A DNA stretch of 64,000 bases from Pseudomonadota bacterium (GCA_030671085.1 DAOVAI010000001.1:3633-67632); one strand, 5' to 3'; positions 40,659 to 50,065 are shown, counted from the first letter of the stretch. Numbers and translations: made by a program. Notes: generated by a model not told the origin, from the sequence alone.

Positions 40659-40753
40659 TTAATAATTGTAATTCAGCACAAGCCATAAAGTACTCCTCAT
40701 GGAGAAAAACGGAATGCAGTAGATCATTCCAGATCATAATGAAGGAAACAGCC

Positions 40754-40960
40754 ATGAAAGAAACTCAAGCCTCACACACGGTAAACGTAAAAACAGAAAG
40801 CATCGCGTCTGCTGAAATTTCCAAGGTAGCAGTGACGGCTATTGGCATTACTGCTGGTATCATTGGTATCTGGGCGGTTGCTTGCATGGTTGCAGGTATT
40901 GCAAATAGCGGCGGCCCTGTTGGCCTGGTATCCAATTTATTCAAAGCAATTTTAGGCTAA
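40754..40960 (+). CDS. Small membrane peptide, GxWxxxC family (subtype A)
   Basis: AAGGA RBS before ATG 40754; EISKV...IGIWAVACMVAG..NSGGP..LVSNLFKAILG. Confidence 0.88.
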   Translation: MKETQASHTVNVKTESIASAEISKVAVTAIGITAGIIGIWAVACMVAGIANSGGPVGLVSNLFKAILG

Positions 40961-41003
40961 ATCAACTCTTATCCACTCTCCACTCAACAAAAGGAACAAT
41001 CCC

Positions 41004-41225
41004 ATGAACAATACAGACGTCACCAAACAAAACGTAAAAACTACTGTTCACGAAGCTGTAAATACTGATAGTGAATTGTATAAGGTTGGAGCTGTCGTTA
41101 CCGCTGCCTTTGCTGGAGGAATTGGAGTATGGGCTGTTGTCTGCCTTTCCAGTGCCTTTGTCTCTGCCGGTGGTCCGGTAGCTCTTGCCAAAAGCCTGTT
41201 TGGTGCTGTGACTGGCAGTATGTAA
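41004..41225 (+). CDS. Small membrane peptide, GxWxxxC family (subtype B)
   Basis: AAGGA RBS; TDSELYKVG...IGVWAVVCLSS...GGP...LFGAVTGSM. Confidence 0.9.
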   Translation: MNNTDVTKQNVKTTVHEAVNTDSELYKVGAVVTAAFAGGIGVWAVVCLSSAFVSAGGPVALAKSLFGAVTGSM

Positions 41226-41287
41226 GGGCACCTGTTTCAAATATGATTGGAGGGCAGATTTGATTTGTCTTTTAATCATTTTTTTTG

Positions 41288-41320
41288 AGCCAGAGAGATT
41301 ATATCTCTCTGGCTTTTTTT
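41288..41320 (+). terminator. Intrinsic terminator
   Basis: AGCCAGAGAGAT-TAT-ATCTCTCTGGCT followed by a T run. Confidence 0.85.
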
Positions 41321-41485
41321 GACTTATGTGTACTAATGCATATATAACTAATCTAACTAACCGAAAAAAAAGTTTTTTCTGCTATGATTTGTGAAGAAAT
41401 TCCTTCTTGTTGAGCTCATTATTTTTTTCACTCAACCAGCTAAAATTTCAATAAAATATTCTAGGCTCTTCTCTTAGGTTATCAA

Positions 41486-43354
41486 ATGGCGATTCTGATT
41501 CGAAATCTCTTTATCTTTTTTCTCTTTACCGTGCTCCTTGGTGGAGCCTATGGCTTATGGAAGCTCGAGAATACATTGCGAACAGTGACTTACTCCGAAT
41601 TTCGTCATTGTCTCGCCAACCATGAGCTTGAATCTACCACTTTTACCGGAAATAAAGTCATTGCTACACACAAGGCTGGGGACAGTTATGAAACCACAGT
41701 ACCGAATCCTGAAAAACTGATTTCTGAGCTGCAAGATAGAAATATTCAGATTATTTTTAAAAAGGATCGTTCTGAGCAGCTTTTCCAAGCAACTGCCCTC
41801 ATCTACATCATCTTACTGCTGTTAACAGTCATCATTTCCTTGAGTAAGAAAAAAAGGCTTGAAGAAGAGGAAAGCAAATTTGCTTCGGATAAACTCATCC
41901 TTCCAGATAGTGGTCACAAGCTCGTAACCTTTGATGATGTGGCCGGTATCCCTGAAGCGTTGGAGGAGTTACAGGAAATCGTCAATTTTCTCAAAAATCC
42001 AGATCAATTCAGCAAAATTGGCGCAGTGAGTCCCAAGGGAATCCTTTTGCAAGGCCCCCCAGGCACTGGAAAGACATTACTGGCCAGAGCAATAGCAGGT
42101 GAAGCGAAGGTTCCGTTTTACAGCTTCAGTGGTTCTGACTTTGTAGAAATGTTTGTCGGTGTTGGGGCTTCCAGAGTCAGGGATATCTTTAAAGAGGCAA
42201 AAACCAATTCACCCTGCATTATTTTTATCGATGAGATTGATGCTGTTGGGGGAAGCCGTGCAGGTGGGGCCACTGCCAGCGGGCAGGATGAAAGGAGCCA
42301 AACCTTAAACGCGCTGCTGGTTGAAATGGATGGCTTTTCCACATCTGATACAATCGTTGTCTTAGCGGCAACGAATAGACCGGATATCCTGGATCCAGCC
42401 TTGAGGCGACCTGGTCGTTTTGACAGGCAGGTCACTATTCTCCCACCTGATCTCAAAGGAAGAAAAAAGATTCTCCAGGTACATGGTGCGAAAGTAGCCC
42501 TCCAACCAGGGCTGGGTATGGACAAAATTGCCCACATGGTTCCCGGCTTTACCGGAGCTGAACTTGCCAACCTTGTCAATGAGGCGGCCCTTATGGCTGC
42601 CAGGAGAGGAAAAGATCGCGTTGATTATCTGGATTTTGAACATGCCAGGGATCGAATTCTCATGGGAGTTGAGCGAAAAGGGATGATCATCTCTGAAAAG
42701 GATCGCAATATCCTTGCTTTCCATGAGGCAGGACATGCAATAGTGGCCAAAACACTGCCGGAAGCAGATCCGATTCATAAAATTACTATTATCCCACGAG
42801 GTCGTGCCCTGGGACAGACCCAGCAACTCTCTGTTACTGATCGGACCAGTTACAGTTATGAGTATCTGAAAAGTAGAATTACCATTCTTATGGGTGGCAG
42901 GGCTGCAGAGGAAATAGCTTTTCAGCAAAGAACAACAGGGGCCCAGGGGGACATTGTACAGGCCACCGAAATTGCAACCAATATGATTTGTAAGTGGGGG
43001 ATGAGTGATGTCATAGGTCCCCAGGCCATGGTCATTGATGACTCGGGCTTTTTGGGAGGGGCTGCTCACCGGCTGGAAATGAGTGATAGAACCTCAGATT
43101 CTGTTGATAAAGAAATCAAAAATCTGCTTGAACTCTGTAACAATGAAGCGTTAACAATTCTTAAAGAACAATTTTACCTCCTCAAACAGCTTGCCAGTAT
43201 TCTCCTCGAGGTGGAAACTCTGGATGATGAAGAGTTTGAGATTATCATGGCGTGTCATTTTACTGATAAAATTGAGGCTGGAATCCAGGAAACCCACCAA
43301 TGTCGCGATTGCCCTGCGGCAGAAAGTTGTATTCACTCAAAACTTAAAAAATAA
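41486..43354 (+). CDS. ftsH: FtsH-family AAA+ zinc metalloprotease (paralog 2) with Cys-rich tail
   Basis: Two TM segments; [35 protein letters not shown]; C-terminal [10 protein letters not shown]. Confidence 0.95.
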   Translation: MAILIRNLFIFFLFTVLLGGAYGLWKLENTLRTVTYSEFRHCLANHELESTTFTGNKVIATHKAGDSYETTVPNPEKLISELQDRNIQIIFKKDRSEQLFQATALIYIILLLLTVIISLSKKKRLEEEESKFASDKLILPDSGHKLVTFDDVAGIPEALEELQEIVNFLKNPDQFSKIGAVSPKGILLQGPPGTGKTLLARAIAGEAKVPFYSFSGSDFVEMFVGVGASRVRDIFKEAKTNSPCIIFIDEIDAVGGSRAGGATASGQDERSQTLNALLVEMDGFSTSDTIVVLAATNRPDILDPALRRPGRFDRQVTILPPDLKGRKKILQVHGAKVALQPGLGMDKIAHMVPGFTGAELANLVNEAALMAARRGKDRVDYLDFEHARDRILMGVERKGMIISEKDRNILAFHEAGHAIVAKTLPEADPIHKITIIPRGRALGQTQQLSVTDRTSYSYEYLKSRITILMGGRAAEEIAFQQRTTGAQGDIVQATEIATNMICKWGMSDVIGPQAMVIDDSGFLGGAAHRLEMSDRTSDSVDKEIKNLLELCNNEALTILKEQFYLLKQLASILLEVETLDDEEFEIIMACHFTDKIEAGIQETHQCRDCPAAESCIHSKLKK

Positions 43355-43357
43355 GTT

Positions 43358-44263
43358 ATGCGTTCTTTAAAAAAAACGAGCTATGTTGCATTTCTCGGAG
43401 TAGCAGCTCTGCTCATTGTGGTCATTATCCTCTCTGTTCGCCAATACCAGCTCACCGAAAGATACAACAAGATCATTACCCAGAGTGAAGAGATGATCTT
43501 TCAGTTCTCTACTATCCGTGAGCAGATCACCTCATCCCTGATCAAAAATGATTGGGGGGAAATTGTGAGTGCAGCAGATCAGCTGAAGAAGTTGAATTCC
43601 TCACTGGCAAGACTTCAGGAAAACACCCTCATACCAGGTGAGTACCGCCTTGATATGGCAAAACAGGTAGACCTTGCCGGACTTGCAATTTCATCGAAAG
43701 AAATTTTGTCCAGTGAAAATAAGGTTACCCATAGTCTCGACCTGCAGAATAAAATGCGGACGCTGGCAGAATATCTGATGCAGTTTGACCGTATTATTGT
43801 CAGCCAGATGCGGGCTAAAGTTGTCCAGTTCCAGACTGTCATGATCGGAGCCCTTGGTGCTGTGATTTGCCTGATCAGTTTTTCTCTCATCCTTCTCTAC
43901 AAAAAAACGATGCTCCCCCTTCTTCGCCTGTCCGAACAGGCCGGGGACCCGGATGTCCTCGTCAACGGCTTCAGGTACGATGCTGATGCCTGTGCCGAAG
44001 TCACTGAGCTTATAAACTCCGTCAATGCATTGATGAAGACGGACAGGGAGCATCCTGGAACCGAGGAAACAGGTCGACATCACGATGAGGAACTGGCTGC
44101 CTTTCTCAATGAGAGCACAAACCTTTCAAATGGAATCATTAACTATACGCAATTACTCGTAGATTCTTATCGTGAGGTGGAGATGGGAGAGGAGGAAACA
44201 AAAATCCTTCACAATATCATCGAAGCTGCAGAGCGAATTGCCCAGCTCAACAAAGAGATTTGA
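43358..44263 (+). CDS. Membrane pseudo-kinase: DHp-like end without His, no HATPase
   Basis: Paralog of 20127-21578 (QY..., FQFxxxxExI, VDL); ends LAAFLNESTNLSNGIINYTQLL...ERIAQLNKEI. Confidence 0.8.
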   Translation: MRSLKKTSYVAFLGVAALLIVVIILSVRQYQLTERYNKIITQSEEMIFQFSTIREQITSSLIKNDWGEIVSAADQLKKLNSSLARLQENTLIPGEYRLDMAKQVDLAGLAISSKEILSSENKVTHSLDLQNKMRTLAEYLMQFDRIIVSQMRAKVVQFQTVMIGALGAVICLISFSLILLYKKTMLPLLRLSEQAGDPDVLVNGFRYDADACAEVTELINSVNALMKTDREHPGTEETGRHHDEELAAFLNESTNLSNGIINYTQLLVDSYREVEMGEEETKILHNIIEAAERIAQLNKEI

Positions 44264-44659
44264 AAGATGTCTTTTTGTGTAAATGTTCAGCGTAAGGTGT
44301 TGCTTAAATAACCATAAACACATAACCGCTTAAAACATCGTGCTAATTTTACACCATTTTCTTCATTTTAAGATTTGTAAAATTGCATTTTGTGCATTAA
44401 TTAAGTAATTTATTAATTAACAGCCCACTTTCAATTTTTCCTTGACAGTCTTTTCTGATATAGGTAAAGCCTCCCGTCAACCAAAACAAATCGATCTGAT
44501 TATTGGTAGTTATTATCAGATACTTAGCCTGGTTTTGTTTGAAAAACGAAAATATCAATTTTGGAGCTTCCCAGAAATCATAGAATATTCTATGCCTTGT
44601 AGCTCTTAAATCCTATTAGCATTCATTTCATTCTGACTAAAATCTTTAGGAGCGCAACT

Positions 44660-45604
44660 ATGATTAAAAGTTCAGTATTAACAGTAAGTTTTATGACAAT
44701 GGCGGCATCTCTGCTTCTTGCCGGTACTAGTCTGGCTGAAGATGAGTACGACGTTAAGTTGTATGGACCTAAAAGTTCCATTGAATGGAACAAACCTATC
44801 AAGGCCACATTTGATCATAAGACCCACACAATGGATGCTGGGCTCGAATGCAACTCCTGCCATGATGATCTTTTCTCAATGCAGCGTGGAACTGCGGTAA
44901 GCAGCCATAAATTCACCATGAAAGCCATGGCTGAAGGGCAATTCTGCGGGAGTTGCCATGATGGCGACACCGCATTTGCAACAGATACCAATTGTATGGC
45001 TTGTCATGGTGTTGCAGAAGATCCAATGATCTGGGATGAACCCACCAAAGCAGCATTCAGCCACACTTCTCATGTAGAGGACATGGGCCTTGAATGCAGC
45101 AGTTGTCACACTGGAACATTCGCCATGAAAAAAGGTGCTGCAACAGCCAATAAAGATTTCACAATGGCCTCCTTTAAAGAAGGGAAATATTGTGGTTCCT
45201 GTCATAATGGTGATGATGCCTTTGACTCTGCAAGCCAATGTGAATCCTGTCATTTTCCTCCAGCCGAAAAAATCGTTTTTACTCAACCTGTAAAGTCAGT
45301 CGTTTTTGATCACGACATTCATGTAACAAGAGAAAGTCTCTCTTGTGAGTCTTGTCATAAAGAAGTTTTCGCCATGAAAAAAGGCACTGTAGAAGGACAG
45401 GAACTTATCCTTTCCGATGATCCCGCAGAGAAGAGAAAATATCTTGAAAATCTTCATAACAAATACTGTGGAACCTGCCATGACTCTTCACAGGCTTTTG
45501 GCTATCTTACCAGGTGTACTGTCTGCCATATCGGTGTGAAAGGTTTTGATAAAATGAGTGGCGGAAACAAAAAAAATGATGCACATGGAAAGAGCAAGCA
45601 CTAA
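44660..45604 (+). CDS. c7-type multiheme cytochrome, 9 CxxCH
   Basis: Signal peptide; three triheme repeats; paralog of 34182-34847 (YDVKxxGPKSxIxWxKP; CHIGVKG). Confidence 0.93.
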   Translation: MIKSSVLTVSFMTMAASLLLAGTSLAEDEYDVKLYGPKSSIEWNKPIKATFDHKTHTMDAGLECNSCHDDLFSMQRGTAVSSHKFTMKAMAEGQFCGSCHDGDTAFATDTNCMACHGVAEDPMIWDEPTKAAFSHTSHVEDMGLECSSCHTGTFAMKKGAATANKDFTMASFKEGKYCGSCHNGDDAFDSASQCESCHFPPAEKIVFTQPVKSVVFDHDIHVTRESLSCESCHKEVFAMKKGTVEGQELILSDDPAEKRKYLENLHNKYCGTCHDSSQAFGYLTRCTVCHIGVKGFDKMSGGNKKNDAHGKSKH

Positions 45605-45688
45605 TGGTTTGAGTCACCCGAAATGCACTGTTTCATGTAGCGAATAGACCTATTATATTTTTTCTATATAAATCGAAGAGGAGAAAAG

Positions 45689-46996
45689 ATGGCTGGAAGG
45701 ATGGTTGATATTTCTAAGAGGTGGGGATTTCATGGTGTTGAAGCCTTGAAAAACGCAAGCCCCGGATACAAAATGCTAATGGGTCTGTTTGCCCTGCTTG
45801 CCCTCGCTGGTGTTGCTGTAGGATTCCAGGGAATGTTTGTAGGGTATCATCATGTTTATGGTGTAACCAGGCAGATTTCCTGGGGATTACTTATCTCTAC
45901 ATACATTTTTTGCGTTGTTACCTCTACAGGGCTCTGTATTATTTCATCAATTGGCCATGTCTTTGGCGGCGAAGCATTCATGCCCATTGCCAAACGCGCT
46001 GTCTTTATGTCAATTATGTTCATGTTCGGTGGGTTTTGTATCATTTTCTTTGATATTGAAAATCCTTTCCGGATGGCAATCTGGAATGTCTTTTCACCAA
46101 ATTTTGTTTCAAATATGTGGTGGATGGGAACCCTCTATGGAATGTATCTGGTCTTCATGATCATTGAGTATTTCTTTCTCCTTGAGCAGAACCATAGCCT
46201 CTCTCGACTGATGGGATTCTTCGGCCTGGTTGTCGGTATTGCTGCCCATAGTAACTTGGGAGCTGTATTCGGAATGCTCCACGGACGACCTTTCTGGTAT
46301 GGACCATACCTCCCGATTTACTTTATTTTCTCTGCTGCAATGTCAGGGGGGTGTGCCATTCTCTTCTTCACTACGCTTGGTTGGAGAATCAATCCCGAAA
46401 TCATGAATCAGCGTATGGAACGAGCGGTGAAGGCTGTAACCCAGGTCACCATTTTCCTTATCTCTGTAATAATCTTTTTCACCATCTGGAAAATTATCAC
46501 AGGAATGGTATCTGAAGGGAAACAGCTCGTCATCATGTCCTTTTTGACTGGAGATTATTCCATTAATTTCTGGGTATTTGAAGTTTTTCTTGGCATGTTC
46601 CTGCCCCTGTATCTCCTGATCCGTTCACGAGGAAACAATTTTAACCTGATCCTGACCGCAACAGGGCTTATGATGATAGGAATCTTCTTCATGCGCTATG
46701 ATATCGTTATCCCAGGCCAGATGGAATCAGTCTACCACTCCCTTGGTGTTGTCGAAGAAGCTAATTTGCTGACCTACACACCATCGTTCCATGAAATCAT
46801 GGTCTCGCTCTTTGGTATTGGCGTTATCGGACTAGCCTACTTTGCCGGTGAGAAAATGCTCAACGGACATCAGCTTGAGAAACATGAGATCGTTCCTGAA
46901 GGCGGTTACATCTGTCCTGGTTGTGGTGCCATCCACTTTATGGAAGAAGGCGAGACCGAAGAAGACGCCATGAAACGTCATCACAGGATCTGGTAA
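45689..46996 (+). CDS. NrfD/PsrC-family membrane subunit with C-terminal CxxC/His tail
   Basis: WGLLISTY, SNMWWMGTLY, GRPFWYG, MRYD; tail YICPGCGAIH...KRHH. Confidence 0.92.
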   Translation: MAGRMVDISKRWGFHGVEALKNASPGYKMLMGLFALLALAGVAVGFQGMFVGYHHVYGVTRQISWGLLISTYIFCVVTSTGLCIISSIGHVFGGEAFMPIAKRAVFMSIMFMFGGFCIIFFDIENPFRMAIWNVFSPNFVSNMWWMGTLYGMYLVFMIIEYFFLLEQNHSLSRLMGFFGLVVGIAAHSNLGAVFGMLHGRPFWYGPYLPIYFIFSAAMSGGCAILFFTTLGWRINPEIMNQRMERAVKAVTQVTIFLISVIIFFTIWKIITGMVSEGKQLVIMSFLTGDYSINFWVFEVFLGMFLPLYLLIRSRGNNFNLILTATGLMMIGIFFMRYDIVIPGQMESVYHSLGVVEEANLLTYTPSFHEIMVSLFGIGVIGLAYFAGEKMLNGHQLEKHEIVPEGGYICPGCGAIHFMEEGETEEDAMKRHHRIW

Positions 46997-47093
46997 TCGA
47001 ACTGGAGATGTCTCTTTTGCCGGCCTGAATCAGACCTGCTAAAGAGACACTCATATCACCTTACTGAACGAATATTTGAAAGGATATCATCAC

Positions 47094-47921
47094 ATGAAAT
47101 TTCCTAAAATAAATTTTGATAATCTGAAAAATGAGGGTACAGAATCAGTTACCGCTCAGGAAAGAAGAAAGTTTTTAAAACTCGGTCTTGCAGTCGCCGG
47201 TGTTTACGCAGGTGGAAAAATACTGTCCCTGACCTCTATCGTTGGCACTGCCCATGCATCAGGCGGTGGTGTCGATCTTGTTAAAAGATATCCATACAAT
47301 CCTCACTACAGCATGGTTATTCGTCAATCGCTCTGTATTGATTGCGAGAAATGCGTGGATGCCTGTAAGTCCACCAATCATGTTCCGGATGATGGGTATA
47401 GAACCCGTATTTTGACAAAGAAATACAGTGGTACGCTGGATAAACAGGTTGAGTTTATCCCAGTACTCTGTAATCACTGCAACAATGCACCATGTGTGAG
47501 GGCATGTCCGACAAGAGCAACCTATAAGGATCCTGTTACAGGTATTGTCCGTATGGAAAGCAAAAAATGTATTGGTTGTAAAACCTGTATGCTCGCCTGT
47601 CCATACGATGCCAGATACTTCAGTGTTGAAAGACGAGCTGTTGATAAGTGTGACTTCTGCTGGGAAGAGAGATTGTCTAAAGGTGAAACACAGACCGGCT
47701 GTTCATCTGCCTGTCCCACAGGTGCCAGAACCTTTGGCAATCTCACCGATCCTGATAATATCGTCTACAAGCTTGTGCACCAGCTTGAAGAGCAGGTTTG
47801 GGTGTTGCGGCCGGCAGATGACACAAAACCCAATATTTTCTATATGAAAGGAAATATGCGTTCTGTTGATAATATTCTCAATGAACAAAAATTTAAATTT
47901 TCTGCTCCTCAAAAGTCCTAG
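47094..47921 (+). CDS. Tat-exported 4Fe-4S protein (NrfC-like), paralog of 33318-34076
   Basis: ERRKFLK; CIDCEKCVDAC, CNHCNNAPCVRACP, CIGCKTCMLACPY, KCDFC. Confidence 0.93.
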   Translation: MKFPKINFDNLKNEGTESVTAQERRKFLKLGLAVAGVYAGGKILSLTSIVGTAHASGGGVDLVKRYPYNPHYSMVIRQSLCIDCEKCVDACKSTNHVPDDGYRTRILTKKYSGTLDKQVEFIPVLCNHCNNAPCVRACPTRATYKDPVTGIVRMESKKCIGCKTCMLACPYDARYFSVERRAVDKCDFCWEERLSKGETQTGCSSACPTGARTFGNLTDPDNIVYKLVHQLEEQVWVLRPADDTKPNIFYMKGNMRSVDNILNEQKFKFSAPQKS

Positions 47922-48095
47922 GGTCACGTCAAGGATAAAATGTCGTATATTGCGCCACAATTTTTTGTGTTTGCGAGGCACGGATTGATAAGCATAGTTG
48001 TGCTATGTGAATCAATCCGTAACGAAGCAAGCACGAAAAAGGGTAAGTAAGATACGTCATTTCAGAGTTGACGGGACACTCGCCTGTAGCCTTTC

Positions 48096-48139
48096 AACAA
48101 CTTCCCTCTATCTCTTCCTCAGGGGAGAGGGGAGTTGTT
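48096..48139. other. Intergenic stem-loop
   Basis: AACAACTTCCCTCT...AGAGGGGAGTTGTT. Confidence 0.5.
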
Positions 48140-48418
48140 TGATTTTAAAAAAAGCATTCAAGCTGTTCCCCAAGAATGGTCCGCTATCATTCTGCTGAAA
48201 ATTTAATTTTCACTCCATCTCTCCTTTGTTTCACTCCCCCGGCCAGCCAGTCTTTTTTCTCAACTTTTCCTTGTTCTTGGCTAAAAGATAGATGTTGTTG
48301 ACGTAACCTTTATCTGTAACCTGTACTTACTTGACTCTTTTTTAAGAAATGGGGTATGTTTCTGATTTCAAGATCAAACATTGTTTTCATGTATTCTACT
48401 TTTCCAGCGGGAGATTTC

Positions 48419-50020
48419 ATGTTTGGAGTAAAACGTTTTTTGTTTACAGGGCTCAGCCTTTTGCCATTATTTCTAGTTGCAAGCTCCGCTCTTTGTGGGC
48501 AGCTTTCCATCTCCACTGAGGTACAGGGAAATATCTCGATTTTGCAAGAGACGAAGAGTTGTCCTCAATGCGATTTAAGCGGTGCTGATTTGAATAGAAT
48601 GGATCTTTCAGGGGCCAACCTCGAAGGAGCAAATTTGTCACGAGCCCAATTATACCTTGCGAATCTGTCAGGAGCCAACTTGCGGGATGCCGATTTGCGG
48701 GAGACCGGCTTTGGAGGAGCAGACCTGGCCGGCGCAGATCTCAGAGGAGCAGATCTGCGCGGAACCTCATTTGCCGGTGCCTATATGAGTGGTATTCTGC
48801 TTGACGGCGAACTGATTAGCACGACACCTTATGCCCAGGAGCAGATGAGTAATGTACAAGAAACCGTTTATGTTGAAGACACGGTGAAATCGAAGACGGT
48901 TCCAGAAACAGAAGAGATGAGTATTGGTGCACGTCGTGATTTTGAAGAGACACCACCGGCTTTACCTGCTGAAAAGACTGCAGTGGCAAAAAAGGAGAGC
49001 GAACCTGTAAGCCCTGTAAACGATGGCCCTATAACAGAGCAGGCTGTACCTGGCGAAGCAATGGTTCCTCAGGAAAGCCCAGCTGCACCTGATGCTAAGA
49101 CGAGTCCTACACTGCAGCAGGTACGCATGCCCGCTCCTGATGAAAACAATGCACTACCCGCCGACAGTGAGAACAAAGATGTTCAGGTAGCGGAAGTGAG
49201 CGGGGGAGTGGATGAATCTCCTGCAGCTGTTTCAAGCGAGACTTCGACTGCCGGAGAAGATGAGGAAAAGAGAGCTGTGGCTGCGCCTCACCAGGAAGTT
49301 GAGAATCCCCCCACAACAGAGGTGGCTGAGAGCGATGGTGTTACAGTTTTAGAGCCCCTTCCCAAGAAGGAGCAGGTCACTGTAGAGACCGCTTCTGTGA
49401 TAGAAAATGACCTGGAAGAGTCTGCTTCACCAGGCGCAGAAGCAACTCCTGACCCCATGGAGAATGATAGGGTAGAGTCATTGGAAGAAGCCTCGGCTAC
49501 ACCAGAAAGAGAGGCAGGGAGCGAACAAGACCGCTTGTCAGATGACAGTGTGCTCATCACAGAGAAATCAGAAGAATCCCCTGCAAACCCTGCAGATGTT
49601 GAAAACGGGAAACAGGTGGAAGAGGCAAGTGTCGACCAGGAAACATTGTTGGATGCTCTTCCTTTGGGGGCGGAGGTTCTCCGCAATATAGAACTCTTAC
49701 TGGATACGAATCAGTGTTATGGGTGTAACCTTGAAGGAGCTGATCTCAGCGGCAGGGGACTTGAGGAGTCTGATCTGGAAGGGGCCAATTTGAGTAATGC
49801 CAATCTCAAGGGAGCTGACCTGGAAGGAGCGAATCTGAAGGGAGCGAATCTAACAGGTGCCGATCTTCAAAATGCTGATCTGTCAGAGGCGGATCTGTAT
49901 AAGGCGGATTTGACAGATGCAGACCTGACTGGGGCCGACCTCGAGGAGACCTTGCTTGATGATGCTATTCTTACTGGAGTAAAAGGGTATCAGCAGGGGA
50001 CGATGTTGATGATGGAGTAG
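48419..50020 (+). CDS. Exported pentapeptide-repeat protein with two repeat domains and an acidic linker
   Basis: Signal peptide; CPQC and CYGC each followed by A[DN]LxG repeats; E/S/P/A-rich linker. Confidence 0.9.
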   Translation: MFGVKRFLFTGLSLLPLFLVASSALCGQLSISTEVQGNISILQETKSCPQCDLSGADLNRMDLSGANLEGANLSRAQLYLANLSGANLRDADLRETGFGGADLAGADLRGADLRGTSFAGAYMSGILLDGELISTTPYAQEQMSNVQETVYVEDTVKSKTVPETEEMSIGARRDFEETPPALPAEKTAVAKKESEPVSPVNDGPITEQAVPGEAMVPQESPAAPDAKTSPTLQQVRMPAPDENNALPADSENKDVQVAEVSGGVDESPAAVSSETSTAGEDEEKRAVAAPHQEVENPPTTEVAESDGVTVLEPLPKKEQVTVETASVIENDLEESASPGAEATPDPMENDRVESLEEASATPEREAGSEQDRLSDDSVLITEKSEESPANPADVENGKQVEEASVDQETLLDALPLGAEVLRNIELLLDTNQCYGCNLEGADLSGRGLEESDLEGANLSNANLKGADLEGANLKGANLTGADLQNADLSEADLYKADLTDADLTGADLEETLLDDAILTGVKGYQQGTMLMME

Positions 50021-50065
50021 TTTTTCAGGACAATGCTCGCATCTGTCGTGATTTCTTTAAACAGG

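Noticed and set aside
40631-40753. N-terminal extension of the 109-aa ORF
   Set aside because: It begins upstream of the sigma54 promoter; paralog length and RBS favour ATG 40754.
39465-41225. Peptides as RiPP or bacteriocin precursors (leader + hydrophobic core)
   Set aside because: No modifying enzyme, peptidase-ABC exporter or immunity gene in the window, and the N-terminal part is the variable part. Not fully excluded.
17861-47921. Redox locus as a tRNA-integrated island
   Set aside because: No integrase and no duplicated tRNA 3' end noticed.
47930-48300. Riboswitch or sRNA upstream of the pentapeptide gene
   Set aside because: Only a hairpin is evident; no recognisable aptamer consensus. 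An Rfam scan would be needed.
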